Shown: piece after piece, positions 1 to 8,034 of the stretch
Position numbering within the stretch: the first letter of the stretch is position 1
Layout: each line of letters begins with the position of its first letter
Assembly: GCA_964510585.1 (NCBI GenBank)
Contig: CAZECW010000013.1
Span: forward strand, 1 to 11,881
DNA: 11,881 bases
Source of the DNA: an uncultured archaeon
GTDB lineage: Archaea; Asgardarchaeota; Jordiarchaeia; Jordiarchaeales; Jordiarchaeaceae
Reading direction: 5' to 3'
Program-made: the position numbers and the translations under genes
Notes under the pieces: model-generated
What the model was told of the DNA's origin: nothing
Database searches by the model: none
The model's input: the letters and a program-made list of their open reading frames with translations, nothing else

Positions 1-1
1 C

Positions 2-646
2 GAGGATCGAGAAGCACTGAAACTTTTGGTGCAGCTTCTAGAAAGTGAAGACGATGAGGAGCGTTCTAACGCCGCGGAAGCTGTAGCGGACTATGCTGCT
101 GAGGGGCTCACCGACCAATCCGCCCTACCCAAACTCATAAAACTCTTGGATGATGGAAATCAAAACGTGCGTATAAACGCAGCCCTCGCAATATCCAATT
201 ATGCAAACCAGGGACTCACGGAAAAATCAGTCCTCCCCAAACTTGTAAAACTGCTCGAAGATCCAAACGAGGAGCTTCAGGTATTTTCTATACCAGCCCT
301 TAATGCATACGCTTCCAGGGGACTCATCGACCAGTCTGTTCCATCCAAACTTGTGAAGCTTCTGGAAGGAGACGAAGAGGTACGTCTATTCACACTGGCA
401 GCACTAAAATCCTATGCCACAGCAGGACAAACAGACAGAGTTGTCCTGCCCAAACTTGTGGAACTGCTTGATGATGAGAACGAAATGGTAAGATTGCAAG
501 TCCTTCAAGTCCTACGCGAATACGCGTCTAGGGGACTCACAGATAGTTCAGCCCTACCAAAACTTGTGAGACTGGCAGAAGACAAATACCAAGACGATGA
601 AATCCGCTCCATAGCTGCAGAACTCCTCAAATCTCCAGAGAAATGA
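2..646 (+). CDS. HEAT/alpha-solenoid repeat protein, 5'-truncated by the window edge
   Basis: The frame is open from position 2 (EDREALKLLVQLLE...) to TGA 644-646. It has about five tandem 35-36-aa repeats of the type LPKLxKLLxDxNExVRxxAxxALxxYAxxGLTxxS. Confidence 0.85.
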   Translation, partial: EDREALKLLVQLLESEDDEERSNAAEAVADYAAEGLTDQSALPKLIKLLDDGNQNVRINAALAISNYANQGLTEKSVLPKLVKLLEDPNEELQVFSIPALNAYASRGLIDQSVPSKLVKLLEGDEEVRLFTLAALKSYATAGQTDRVVLPKLVELLDDENEMVRLQVLQVLREYASRGLTDSSALPKLVRLAEDKYQDDEIRSIAAELLKSPEK

Positions 647-678
647 AACAAAATTAATTTCCACAACTTTTGAAAATC

Positions 679-685
679 TTTTTTT
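679..685 (+). terminator. Possible archaeal-type oligo-T terminator
   Basis: T7 run about 33 nt after the HEAT gene stop. Position is the only support. Confidence 0.3.
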
Positions 686-1081
686 GTGGAATGTAGCATT
701 CCAATCATCAGGCATATTCATACGGTTTCGAACTCCGGCAACTTTTGGCTCATAACACCCATCTGTCTTTATAAGCCTTGTTTCAGTAAAGGTGTTAATT
801 TTCAGCTTCTTTTCCCACTCCTATCCACAATGAATAAAAATTGGGGAATACTCCTTTTTTGGGCTTTTCAGAGCAAGTTACTTTTAAAATAAATAGCTGG
901 GACGCCGTTTGCAACAGTTTCAAAATAGGGGGACATAAATAGTCAAAAAACTGCGTTGTTGCATAATTTTATTTTTTTCATTTTCAATTTATTTATATAT
1001 TTTGATGAATTTTTTGCAATTTCACAATGTTAATCTGAAAAAAATTAGGCGTATTAAATAAATCTATTAAAAAAAGTAAAA

Positions 1082-1143
1082 TTGTGCAACAAAGCACAAA
1101 AAACCAAAAAATTTATGGAACCAAAACAGAAACCCAGGTTCCA
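1082..1143 (+). repeat. Two hairpins, candidate left-end structure of the element
   Basis: TTGTGC(1082-1087)/GCACAA(1094-1099) and TGGAACC(1116-1122)/GGTTCCA(1137-1143) are perfect inverted repeats just upstream of the tnpB ATG at 1158. Confidence 0.45.
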
Positions 1144-1157
1144 GAGGCGGAAAACCC

Positions 1158-2366
1158 ATGATGAAGACCTATACCCTCCCCCACAACCACCAGCTCAACC
1201 ACTTCCTCAGAGCCTACCTCACCATGCTAAACCTCATGATAGACGACATCTGGAACCACATCCAGTGGAGGGAAAAACAAGTAAGGGGAAAGAAGCAGAA
1301 ACGCCTCCTCCCCACAATCCCCACCTACACATTCAGGAAAAAAAATGAGGGAAAAATACCTGGAGGGGTGGAGCTACGCCCGACACTGGGTGGACTCAGC
1401 AATAAAAACAGCATTCTCCACCATAAACTCCTGGAAAAGAAACTACAAAAAAGGAAAAAGAAAAAGGAGAAAACCAGAAGTCAGACGCCCCTTCGCAAGG
1501 GTTAAACAAACCCTCATGAAGGTAAGCGGAGATAAGCTGCGCATCACAATAAAACCCCACCAGCACATAACAGTAGACCTGTCCAAAAGATACTTCCCCC
1601 TAAGGGGGAGAGTAGGGGAACCCATACTAACACCCACAAAATCCACATCCCCGTGGAGGTCAGCCCCCCAAGTTTCACTGAGGCGGTGGGCTGGGACTCA
1701 AACATGCACTCCCTTGACGGCTTCTCACCACGCTGGGGATGGATAAAAGTTGACCTGAAACCCCTACACACACTGCACACCACATACCGCCAGAAGCTAA
1801 GCAAAATAAACAAGTTATACTCAAGAAACAGGGCCAGGGGGAGAAAACTTTACAAGAAGTATGCGGGAAGGTGGAGGAACAGGGTGAAAAACTACCTGTG
1901 CCGCCTAGCCAAACACCTGGCCACAATCTTCCCCGCCCAGCACGGATTTGAAAAACTGGAGAAGCAAAAAATGCAAAAGAAAAGGGGGAGAAGGTGGAAC
2001 CGAAGGTTGGGGGAGGCTGACTGGCGCTTCCTTGTCTCCCTGATGAGGGGCTGGGCCCCCGTAGTGGAGGTTTTTCCCGGGTACACCTCGAAGACCTGCA
2101 GCAGATGCGGAGAGGTGAATAAAGCTCTAAGGAGCCAGAGGGTTCTCAGGTGTCCCCACTGCGGCCTCGAAATGGACAGGCAGCTTAACGCCTGCATAAA
2201 CATCTACCACAGGATGAGAGGAGTTTCCCCACAAAAGGAGTTCAAATCTTCTGTGGGTGGGTTGCCCTTGATGGGGGCGGAGCAGAAGGACCCCTATGAA
2301 CCCGTGAGGGGACCAAATGATGTGGTGAAGCCCCAAGTCTACATATGTCTACCCTTGACCACGTAG
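1158..2366 (+). pseudogene. tnpB: TnpB (RNA-guided endonuclease family), split over three ORFs by two frameshifts
   Basis: Joining 1158 (MMKTYTLPHN...TFRKK), 1345 (MREKYLEGW...GEPILTPTK) and the 1653 frame (IHIPVE...) gives about 400 aa. It has RuvC-I AVGWDSN (D 1695-1697), RuvC-II GFEKL (E 1950-1952), a CSRCG...CPHCG zinc ribbon and a RuvC-III-position DRQLNA. There is one extra A in A8 (1338-1345) and one missing A in A4 (1638-1641). Confidence 0.85.
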
Positions 2367-2390
2367 ACTACAACCCAACCATTGGATTTC
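2255..2390 (+). ncRNA. Putative omega/re-RNA scaffold overlapping the tnpB 3' end, plus flanking guide
   Basis: Nested pairing is possible: GGGGC 2274-2278 with GCCCC 2330-2334; GG-A-CCCCT/AGGGG-A-CC 2288-2314; AGTCTAC 2336-2342 with GTAGACT 2363-2369. The location matches where TnpB guide RNAs are known to be encoded. Ends are not determinable. Confidence 0.5.
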
Positions 2391-2554
2391 TTCCAAATTT
2401 GCTGCGACAAAAATATATTCTAGAATGTTTTTGTCCTATATGTTAAATTTTTAATGATGGAATATGTTTTTATGGTAAAGTTTTTGATATCATTAAACTT
2501 ATAGATTGTGGGACTTTAGTTAGTGTGTAAGTGTTTGTTGTGAGATGGATAGAG

Positions 2555-3505
2555 ATGGATGAAGAATTAAAGAGAGAGTTAACCGTAGACGAGCAGGAGA
2601 TTGTGGAACTTGTGGAAAGGGCTGTGGAAGGTTTCGCGAATATTGAGGATTGGGAATTTGAAGGTGAAACTTTGAGGCTTTTCTCAGACATAAACCTGTA
2701 CTTCACCGTTGATTTTGCTGGCGGAAACCTACACTTATACTCTGAAAGTAACTATGGAATATCCGTTCCGCAGGGTGACACCGTGGAAGAATTGGCCAAC
2801 TGGTTCAGAGAGTACGCGGAACAAATAGAGAAAGAAAACAGGAAAATGATTGAACTGGGATTCGTGCCCGGAGAAGTTGAGCACGACAACGTCTACAACA
2901 TTTTTTGCCTCTACCGCAAAACCTACCCCTTCAAACAATTGAACGATTTGAAAGAAGACCTGAAAAAACTCTCCTCACTCTGGGACGAGCTGGACAAAGA
3001 CTGGAAAAAACTCTACCCCGAATACCAATATTTGGAGAACCAAGAAGACTACTTATGCGAAGACGAAAGAAGGCTTGAAGAACTAGTGGAACAATTGGAG
3101 GATCCGGACAGACAGACGCAGCTCAACGCTTTAATAGCAATTGGGGATTATGCCATCGATGGATTCACCACAGAATCCGCTCTACCAAAACTCATAAAGC
3201 TACTAGACCACCAGGACGAAGAAATACGAACCCAGGCAGCCTATGTACTTGGAGACTACGCCACGGGAGGACTCACAGTTGACACAGCCCCACCCAAACT
3301 GGAAAAACTACTGGACGAAGAAAACGAAAAGCTACGCGGAGGAGCGGCATACGCCCTAGCCACATACGCTCACCAGGGACTCACAATTAAATCCGCCCTA
3401 CCCAAACTAGCAAAACTATACAAAGAATGCGAAAGCGAAGAAACCCGCGACTACGCAGCATACGCCCTCGACGAATACGACGAAAAAGGACTAAAACTCA
3501 AATAA
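2555..3505 (+). CDS. Acidic N-terminal domain of unknown function fused to C-terminal HEAT repeats
   Basis: Long ORF (GTG 2531 or, more likely, ATG 2555). The C-terminal ~140 aa have about four 36-aa repeats (LPKLIKLLDHQDEEIRTQAAYVLGDYATGGLTVDTA) of the same type as ORF 2..646. Confidence 0.85.
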   Translation: MDEELKRELTVDEQEIVELVERAVEGFANIEDWEFEGETLRLFSDINLYFTVDFAGGNLHLYSESNYGISVPQGDTVEELANWFREYAEQIEKENRKMIELGFVPGEVEHDNVYNIFCLYRKTYPFKQLNDLKEDLKKLSSLWDELDKDWKKLYPEYQYLENQEDYLCEDERRLEELVEQLEDPDRQTQLNALIAIGDYAIDGFTTESALPKLIKLLDHQDEEIRTQAAYVLGDYATGGLTVDTAPPKLEKLLDEENEKLRGGAAYALATYAHQGLTIKSALPKLAKLYKECESEETRDYAAYALDEYDEKGLKLK

Positions 3506-3837
3506 AGAGACACAGAAAACCCCCGGTCTCCATCACCTTTATTTTCCGATTTATTGCCTCTCCAAACGAACCCTGCAAACTGGAAAAATACAGCATACAT
3601 AATAAAACATTAAGAAACGACATCTGAACCAACCCAAACATAAGAGCAAACGCGGTAAATATTTGGGCAATCAGAATTCAAAAAGGATCCTCACAAAACG
3701 TGACAAATCCCAACAAGGATTCAAGGCAGACATACATCAAATCATTCAGTGGGAGACGCAAAAAAGTTTAGGAAAAAATTCTTGAGGTTTAAGGTCCTAA
3801 TATGTTATATCCTGTTTTTTAAAGTGAGGAAGTTTAA

Positions 3838-4188
3838 ATGAAAAAATCAAAAGAACAGAGAAAAAGGGAGCGAGAAATTATCAATGAATACTATGATAAA
3901 CGTATGCGTCAACTTCTTGAACCGCTGTATGAAGACTTCCAAAAGTGGAAAAGAGGAGAGCTAAGCCACTACGAGCTACTCGAAAGAATACACCAGGTCC
4001 ATAAGGAAAACCAAAAACTATACCGACTATTCACATCGAGCCGAGAGTTTCTACTAAAAGTCATCGAGTTCGAAGCAGAAATGGAGAGGAAACAGACCTC
4101 CGCCACAGAGGAGAAAACCTTCCTGGACAATGAAAACAAATCCATAGGGTATAATTTGAAAACAAACCCCAACAAATCGTATAAATGA
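3838..4188 (+). CDS. Small alpha-helical hypothetical protein
   Basis: 116-aa ORF with GTGAGG upstream and amphipathic helices (LLEPLYEDFQKWKRGELSHYELLERIHQVHKENQ). The last ~30 aa look poorly constrained. Confidence 0.7.
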   Translation: MKKSKEQRKREREIINEYYDKRMRQLLEPLYEDFQKWKRGELSHYELLERIHQVHKENQKLYRLFTSSREFLLKVIEFEAEMERKQTSATEEKTFLDNENKSIGYNLKTNPNKSYK

Positions 4189-4268
4189 AAGAAAGAGACC
4201 CAGACAATGAATATTAGCGATAAAGTAATTAAAGAAGAAAACATTTCTGACATTAGAGGAAGGTAATA

Positions 4269-4808
4269 ATGCCGAAGGTATATGTATTCAAGGTTGCTTT
4301 AAAGCATCGAAAAGGTCTTTGGCGCAGAATCGAGATTCTGGACAACCAGACTCTCGGTGTGTTTGACTACATTATACGCAAAGCCTTCAAACATGATACG
4401 TTTGATCACCTAAGCGAGTTCTACTTAGGCCGAGCAGGAGGCTCAAGAGGATTTGGTGAAATTGAGCCCGGTGGAGGAGGCATAGGAGCTAGGAAACGAA
4501 TAAATCAAATCAGACTCACCGAAGGCCAAAAAATGGAGTACATCTACGACTTTGGAGACAACATCCAACACATCATCATCCTAGAAAAAATCACAGAACC
4601 AGAAAAAGGAGTAGGGTATCCCCGCATAGTCTCTCAAAGCAGGCCAAGATACCGCTACTGTGAAACATGCAAAAAAGAGGGCGAAAAAATAGTAGCCAAT
4701 TGGATTTGCATCACCTGCTCAGAAGAGAAGATGATAAATGTGTACATATGCGATAATTGTGCTGAGAAAGAACACGACGACCATTACATAGAAGAAATAC
4801 TCTACTAA
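4269..4808 (+). CDS. Plasmid pRiA4b ORF3-like (IS1096 passenger TnpR-like) protein with a C-terminal zinc finger
   Basis: Family motifs recognised: YVFKVAL...WRRIEI...TL..F..II..AF, DHLSEF and YIYDFGD. The C-terminus is Cx2C-x12-Cx2C-x10-Cx2C-x4-H-x2-H. Confidence 0.8.
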   Translation: MPKVYVFKVALKHRKGLWRRIEILDNQTLGVFDYIIRKAFKHDTFDHLSEFYLGRAGGSRGFGEIEPGGGGIGARKRINQIRLTEGQKMEYIYDFGDNIQHIIILEKITEPEKGVGYPRIVSQSRPRYRYCETCKKEGEKIVANWICITCSEEKMINVYICDNCAEKEHDDHYIEEILY

Positions 4809-5690
4809 TATGTAGACGCGCCAATTAAGAGATACACCAGCAAACGAACATAGTCAGTCTCTCTGCAACTATCCGGACCCATAATCCCATGTTCCAAAAG
4901 AAATTTCACTCACAACAGGCGTCATACTTAAATTAGGGATCCCTACTTCCTGCATCTAGGAAAGCTTCCCGCTAATCCGTTGCCCAAAACTTCCCCACAC
5001 TGGGACATTCCCCCTGAGTGATGTTCGGTTACTGCTTCATAAGGCAGGTAATAATTTTGAAAAGTCTTTTTGCATTTGATGACCTGCCGAAAATAGCTAA
5101 AAAATCATTCTTTCTCCCAAAAAAAGGAGTTATTAACCCTCCTTTTCCCAAAGACCTGTATAACCCAAATGATAAAAAACTTTGCAATTTCTTGTACATA
5201 ATAAATTAGCCTAGCCTTAGAGTTATGTTAGTTGGGGGATTAGATGGAGGTTTATAGACCAAGGGGAATAATTATATTATCTGCAATTTTTATAATCTTG
5301 GCATTTTCTTGGAGCTTATTGTTGGAGTATTAACTGGAGTGTGATTAGACTTCTATATTCACCAGTTCTTAGGCTCGTTTGAGGATTTTGGCTGTTTAGG
5401 GGTTTCCCGCGATTTTCCTACTTTTGTTTCCTGTAAAGAGAGAGCTTACTAATTTTATCCCTTCTGTCCTCCAAGGAAGGTACTGTTGAAAACTTTTTGA
5501 TATTCTCGTGGTTCTCACTTTTCTGTGAGAAGTATATGCGGTTCACGCTGATTTTGGTGTAGGGTAGTAACGTATTTGGTGTTGTTTCGGTTTCATTTGT
5601 GTAATACTAATAGATGCGTCTATCACTGAAGAGATAACCATTTTAATAGGAATCGAAAAACATGAAAATAAAAAAGTGTGGAGATGAGAT

Positions 5691-6191
5691 TCACTCTGTG
5701 AACTCGTATTTCACATCTCCCATCAAGTATGCAAGCATCACTATTCCAAACACAATATAAAGCAAACCAACTACTACAATTAGGAGGAATACGCCGGCGA
5801 TTATGTTGAATGTTGCAACTAACAATCCAAGGTAACGCCCCCAATTCTTCATCATAAGAAGACCAATGGCAGCAGCAACATAAAGAACAACACCAACTAA
5901 GAGCACTAAGGTGATTATGTGCAAATAGCCAACCAAAAAGGAGGTATTGGCAAAATTGAGCATCGCATAAGAAAGCAGGGTAGACATATAATATTGCATC
6001 TCTTCAGGCGGAATCGGATAATAGTAAGAAAGCGTATAGAAATTAATAATTCCTAGAACATAGTTAGTTATTGCAGATTGAACCATGCTTGACGCTATCA
6101 ACTCAACTGCTACTGCTCCGATAACTCCTAGAAATGCAAAAATTATTAGGATTATAGAAAGTGCGACAACTCTACCCGGTCTATAAGTCAT
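5691..6191 (-). CDS. Hypothetical integral membrane protein (about 4 TM segments)
   Basis: 166-aa ORF starting RPGRVVALSIIL with several long hydrophobic stretches and a WGRY loop motif before the last helices. Confidence 0.75.
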   Translation of the reverse strand: MTYRPGRVVALSIILIIFAFLGVIGAVAVELIASSMVQSAITNYVLGIINFYTLSYYYPIPPEEMQYYMSTLLSYAMLNFANTSFLVGYLHIITLVLLVGVVLYVAAAIGLLMMKNWGRYLGLLVATFNIIAGVFLLIVVVGLLYIVFGIVMLAYLMGDVKYEFTE

Positions 6192-6514
6192 TCATCCCAC
6201 ATCCAGTACTTTTAATTTCTATGTATCGACTAGTCAAATCTTTAAAGCCTCTTCATCCTCTTCCTTAAAATACTAACTTAAAATTTGCCTTATAGTTTCC
6301 CGGATAGTGTTTAAGTGCCGGATTTTCATTTCCCTCTTTATTCTACTAACCAATTTTTGGGTAAACTCATCATAAATTTAATAAAAACGTACATAAGCTG
6401 CGCTTCTTAGACAAAGAACGAAAACATGTTTTTATAGCAAAATATAAAGATGTAAAAATGTATAAATTTTACTAAAACACACTTATAAAGGAAACACATT
6501 TTTCCAGTGTAAAT

Positions 6515-6649
6515 TTAATAACGAGTCAATTTTACGTTATCCTCACGCCACTCCTTCCCAAGCTGCGCTCTAACCAACTCCGGCAAATCATCAAACATAT
6601 ACTCTGACTCAGTTTTGCCTGGACCTAGCCAAACAATCCCCAAAACCAT
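6515..6649 (-). CDS. Possible 44-aa small ORF or gene remnant
   Basis: My translation is MVLGIVWLGPGKTESEYMFDDLPELVRAQLGKEWREDNVKLTRY*. It looks protein-like, but no family or clear RBS is recognised. Confidence 0.2.
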   Translation of the reverse strand: MVLGIVWLGPGKTESEYMFDDLPELVRAQLGKEWREDNVKLTRY

Positions 6650-6762
6650 TGTAAGTATAAACCAAAAAAACCAGATCCATCAAACCGCAACTGCACACAC
6701 GGATTTGAATTACGCTTATGATGTATTAAAAAAGCGAGCGCAACATGTTTTCTCAATGTACA

Positions 6763-7812
6763 CTAGGAACTAGGGTTCCGCGTCAATTTCATAGTCTTGG
6801 CCAGATGGAAATAAAATTCCCTAGGTCTCAGCTCTTTGAACTCCTCTGTTTTTTGTACAATGTGTTTCCTTATGTCTAAGCATAAATGGCACTTGGAAAT
6901 GTATCCTTCCCCACGTTCAGTGTATCCGAACTCTTCAACACCGAGATTGTAGAGCTTTTCTAAATCGGTTACCAAGCACTCCAGGATAGGGTGTTCTTCT
7001 AGGTCTATTCCTTCACAGATTGAGTCCAGTTCCCTTGCATCCCCAAGTGAGAGGCCTCCGCAGTAGCCGGTCATATAGTTGCAGTAGTTATCAATATGGG
7101 CGTGCCAATCGCGGGTCAAACTATCCCTGCAGGACTCTCCAAAGAAATGCCGGGCGGGAAACCTGCGGAACAAGTATCCCAAGCTATAGGCCGCCCTACC
7201 CATGGGAATAAGCTCTACAAATCTCAAACTATCTACACTTGCCCTCCGCAAATATTCCTCAAATGGCAACCTACCCTTAATGCTGAGCCACTCGAACTGG
7301 CGGCGGAAAAACTCCTGGTAAACAATAACGTTCCCACCAAAAATTTCCATGCCCACTTTTATGGCTCTGGCAGTTCTCTCAAAAGGCACCTGCTCCAGAA
7401 TGAAGGGATTTACACTCACGAGCACCCCGTCGAGCCCAACCTTTCTCAAACGCATAAACTTTTCCCTCACATCCCCGTCGTCGGAACACCAAAAAGAGTT
7501 AGTTTCCACAAAAATGGAGGGAATCCCGAAGCGCTCAGCCATCTCCACCCCCTCAACAAGAAGCTCAAAATTCAGAAACGGCTCCCCACCAGTAAAATGC
7601 AAACCATAGTTAATTCCAACCCTATCTGGACCCATAGGACTGGATAGAATCGAGGAAGCAAGCTGAACCAAAACCGTTTCCAACTCCCTTTTGGAGATCC
7701 AATCAGCATTCCAGGCGGGAGAGCAGGCATACATGCAATGCTTACACTCACTAGAACACTTATAGGAGAGAAATATACCCGCAGAAACAGGTTTGGACAG
7801 CAAAAGTTTCAT
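6763..7812 (-). CDS. Radical SAM protein with possible auxiliary-cluster cysteines; substrate unknown
   Basis: CxxxCxxC motif (CSSECKHC), FTGGEPFL and VETNS. C-terminal Cys occur in ESC, DNYCNYMTGYCGG and KCHLC. ATG 7812 has GGAGG 8 nt upstream (7821-7825), so it is preferred over the track's 7908 start. Confidence 0.9.
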   Translation of the reverse strand: MKLLLSKPVSAGIFLSYKCSSECKHCMYACSPAWNADWISKRELETVLVQLASSILSSPMGPDRVGINYGLHFTGGEPFLNFELLVEGVEMAERFGIPSIFVETNSFWCSDDGDVREKFMRLRKVGLDGVLVSVNPFILEQVPFERTARAIKVGMEIFGGNVIVYQEFFRRQFEWLSIKGRLPFEEYLRRASVDSLRFVELIPMGRAAYSLGYLFRRFPARHFFGESCRDSLTRDWHAHIDNYCNYMTGYCGGLSLGDARELDSICEGIDLEEHPILECLVTDLEKLYNLGVEEFGYTERGEGYISKCHLCLDIRKHIVQKTEEFKELRPREFYFHLAKTMKLTRNPSS

Positions 7813-8034
7813 TACACAGCCCTCCAGAAAAATATGCTCCACACAAATCTTCACCTTTCTAATATGAAAAGGCGCACTAGCAATACTTTGGTAGATGTAT
7901 TCAGTCACACAAAATTATAAATCATTCACACTTCTTCTAATGAGCTATCATCAGGACGCCCTAAAAACCAATCATCTATTATTCTAGGTGGATTATCATC
8001 TAACTAAAAGATATCTTTTTACTAAAAATTGTTT

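Larger units (their letters stand above)
1082..2373 (+). mobile_element. Non-autonomous IS200/IS605-family element (IS1341-like, tnpB only); boundaries approximate
   Basis: Contains a tnpB pseudogene and no tnpA. Hairpins lie upstream (1082-1099, 1116-1143) and at the 3' end (2336-2369). Flanks are AT-rich while the interior is more GC-rich. Confidence 0.7.

Noticed and set aside
909-1090. Recurring TTGCA-like words upstream of the IS
   Set aside because: Spacing is irregular (about 50, 55 and 70 nt) and short words are expected in AT-rich DNA.
1338-1345. Programmed -1 frameshift at the A8 run
   Set aside because: The required shift here is +1, and a second shift is needed at 1641, so two indels are the simpler explanation.
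1082-1348. 88-aa Pro/His-rich ORF and other ORFs overlapping tnpB (1443-, 1544-, 1675-, 1892-, 2127-)
   Set aside because: These are alternative-frame or antisense shadows of tnpB.
5010-5040. CTGA-G-TGATGT resembling D'/C' boxes
   Set aside because: The spacer is only 1 nt and there are no flanking C and D boxes.
4942-5110. Open - strand stretch containing YYLPYEAVTEHHSGG, faintly like a glycosyltransferase motif
   Set aside because: It has no start codon or supporting motifs; the similarity is too short.
6548-6580. tRNA-like string on the - strand (AGTTGGTTAGAGCGC...CTTGGGA)
   Set aside because: It resembles a D-loop and Pro anticodon loop, but the D-stem cannot pair, the anticodon arm is 2 nt short and there is no T-loop or acceptor stem.
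7813-7908. N-terminal extension of the radical SAM ORF in the track
   Set aside because: ATG 7812 has a well-spaced GGAGG, and the extension looks like non-coding sequence.
7020-7920. + strand ORFs of 60-183 aa (7020, 7096, 7349, 7738)
   Set aside because: They are antisense to the well-supported radical SAM gene and have no recognisable motifs.
7945-8005. Possible C/D box sRNA on the - strand (AGATGA...AGATGA...CTGA)
   Set aside because: Both C-like boxes mismatch, there is no proper D' box, guide lengths (8 and 17 nt) are atypical and I saw no rRNA complement.
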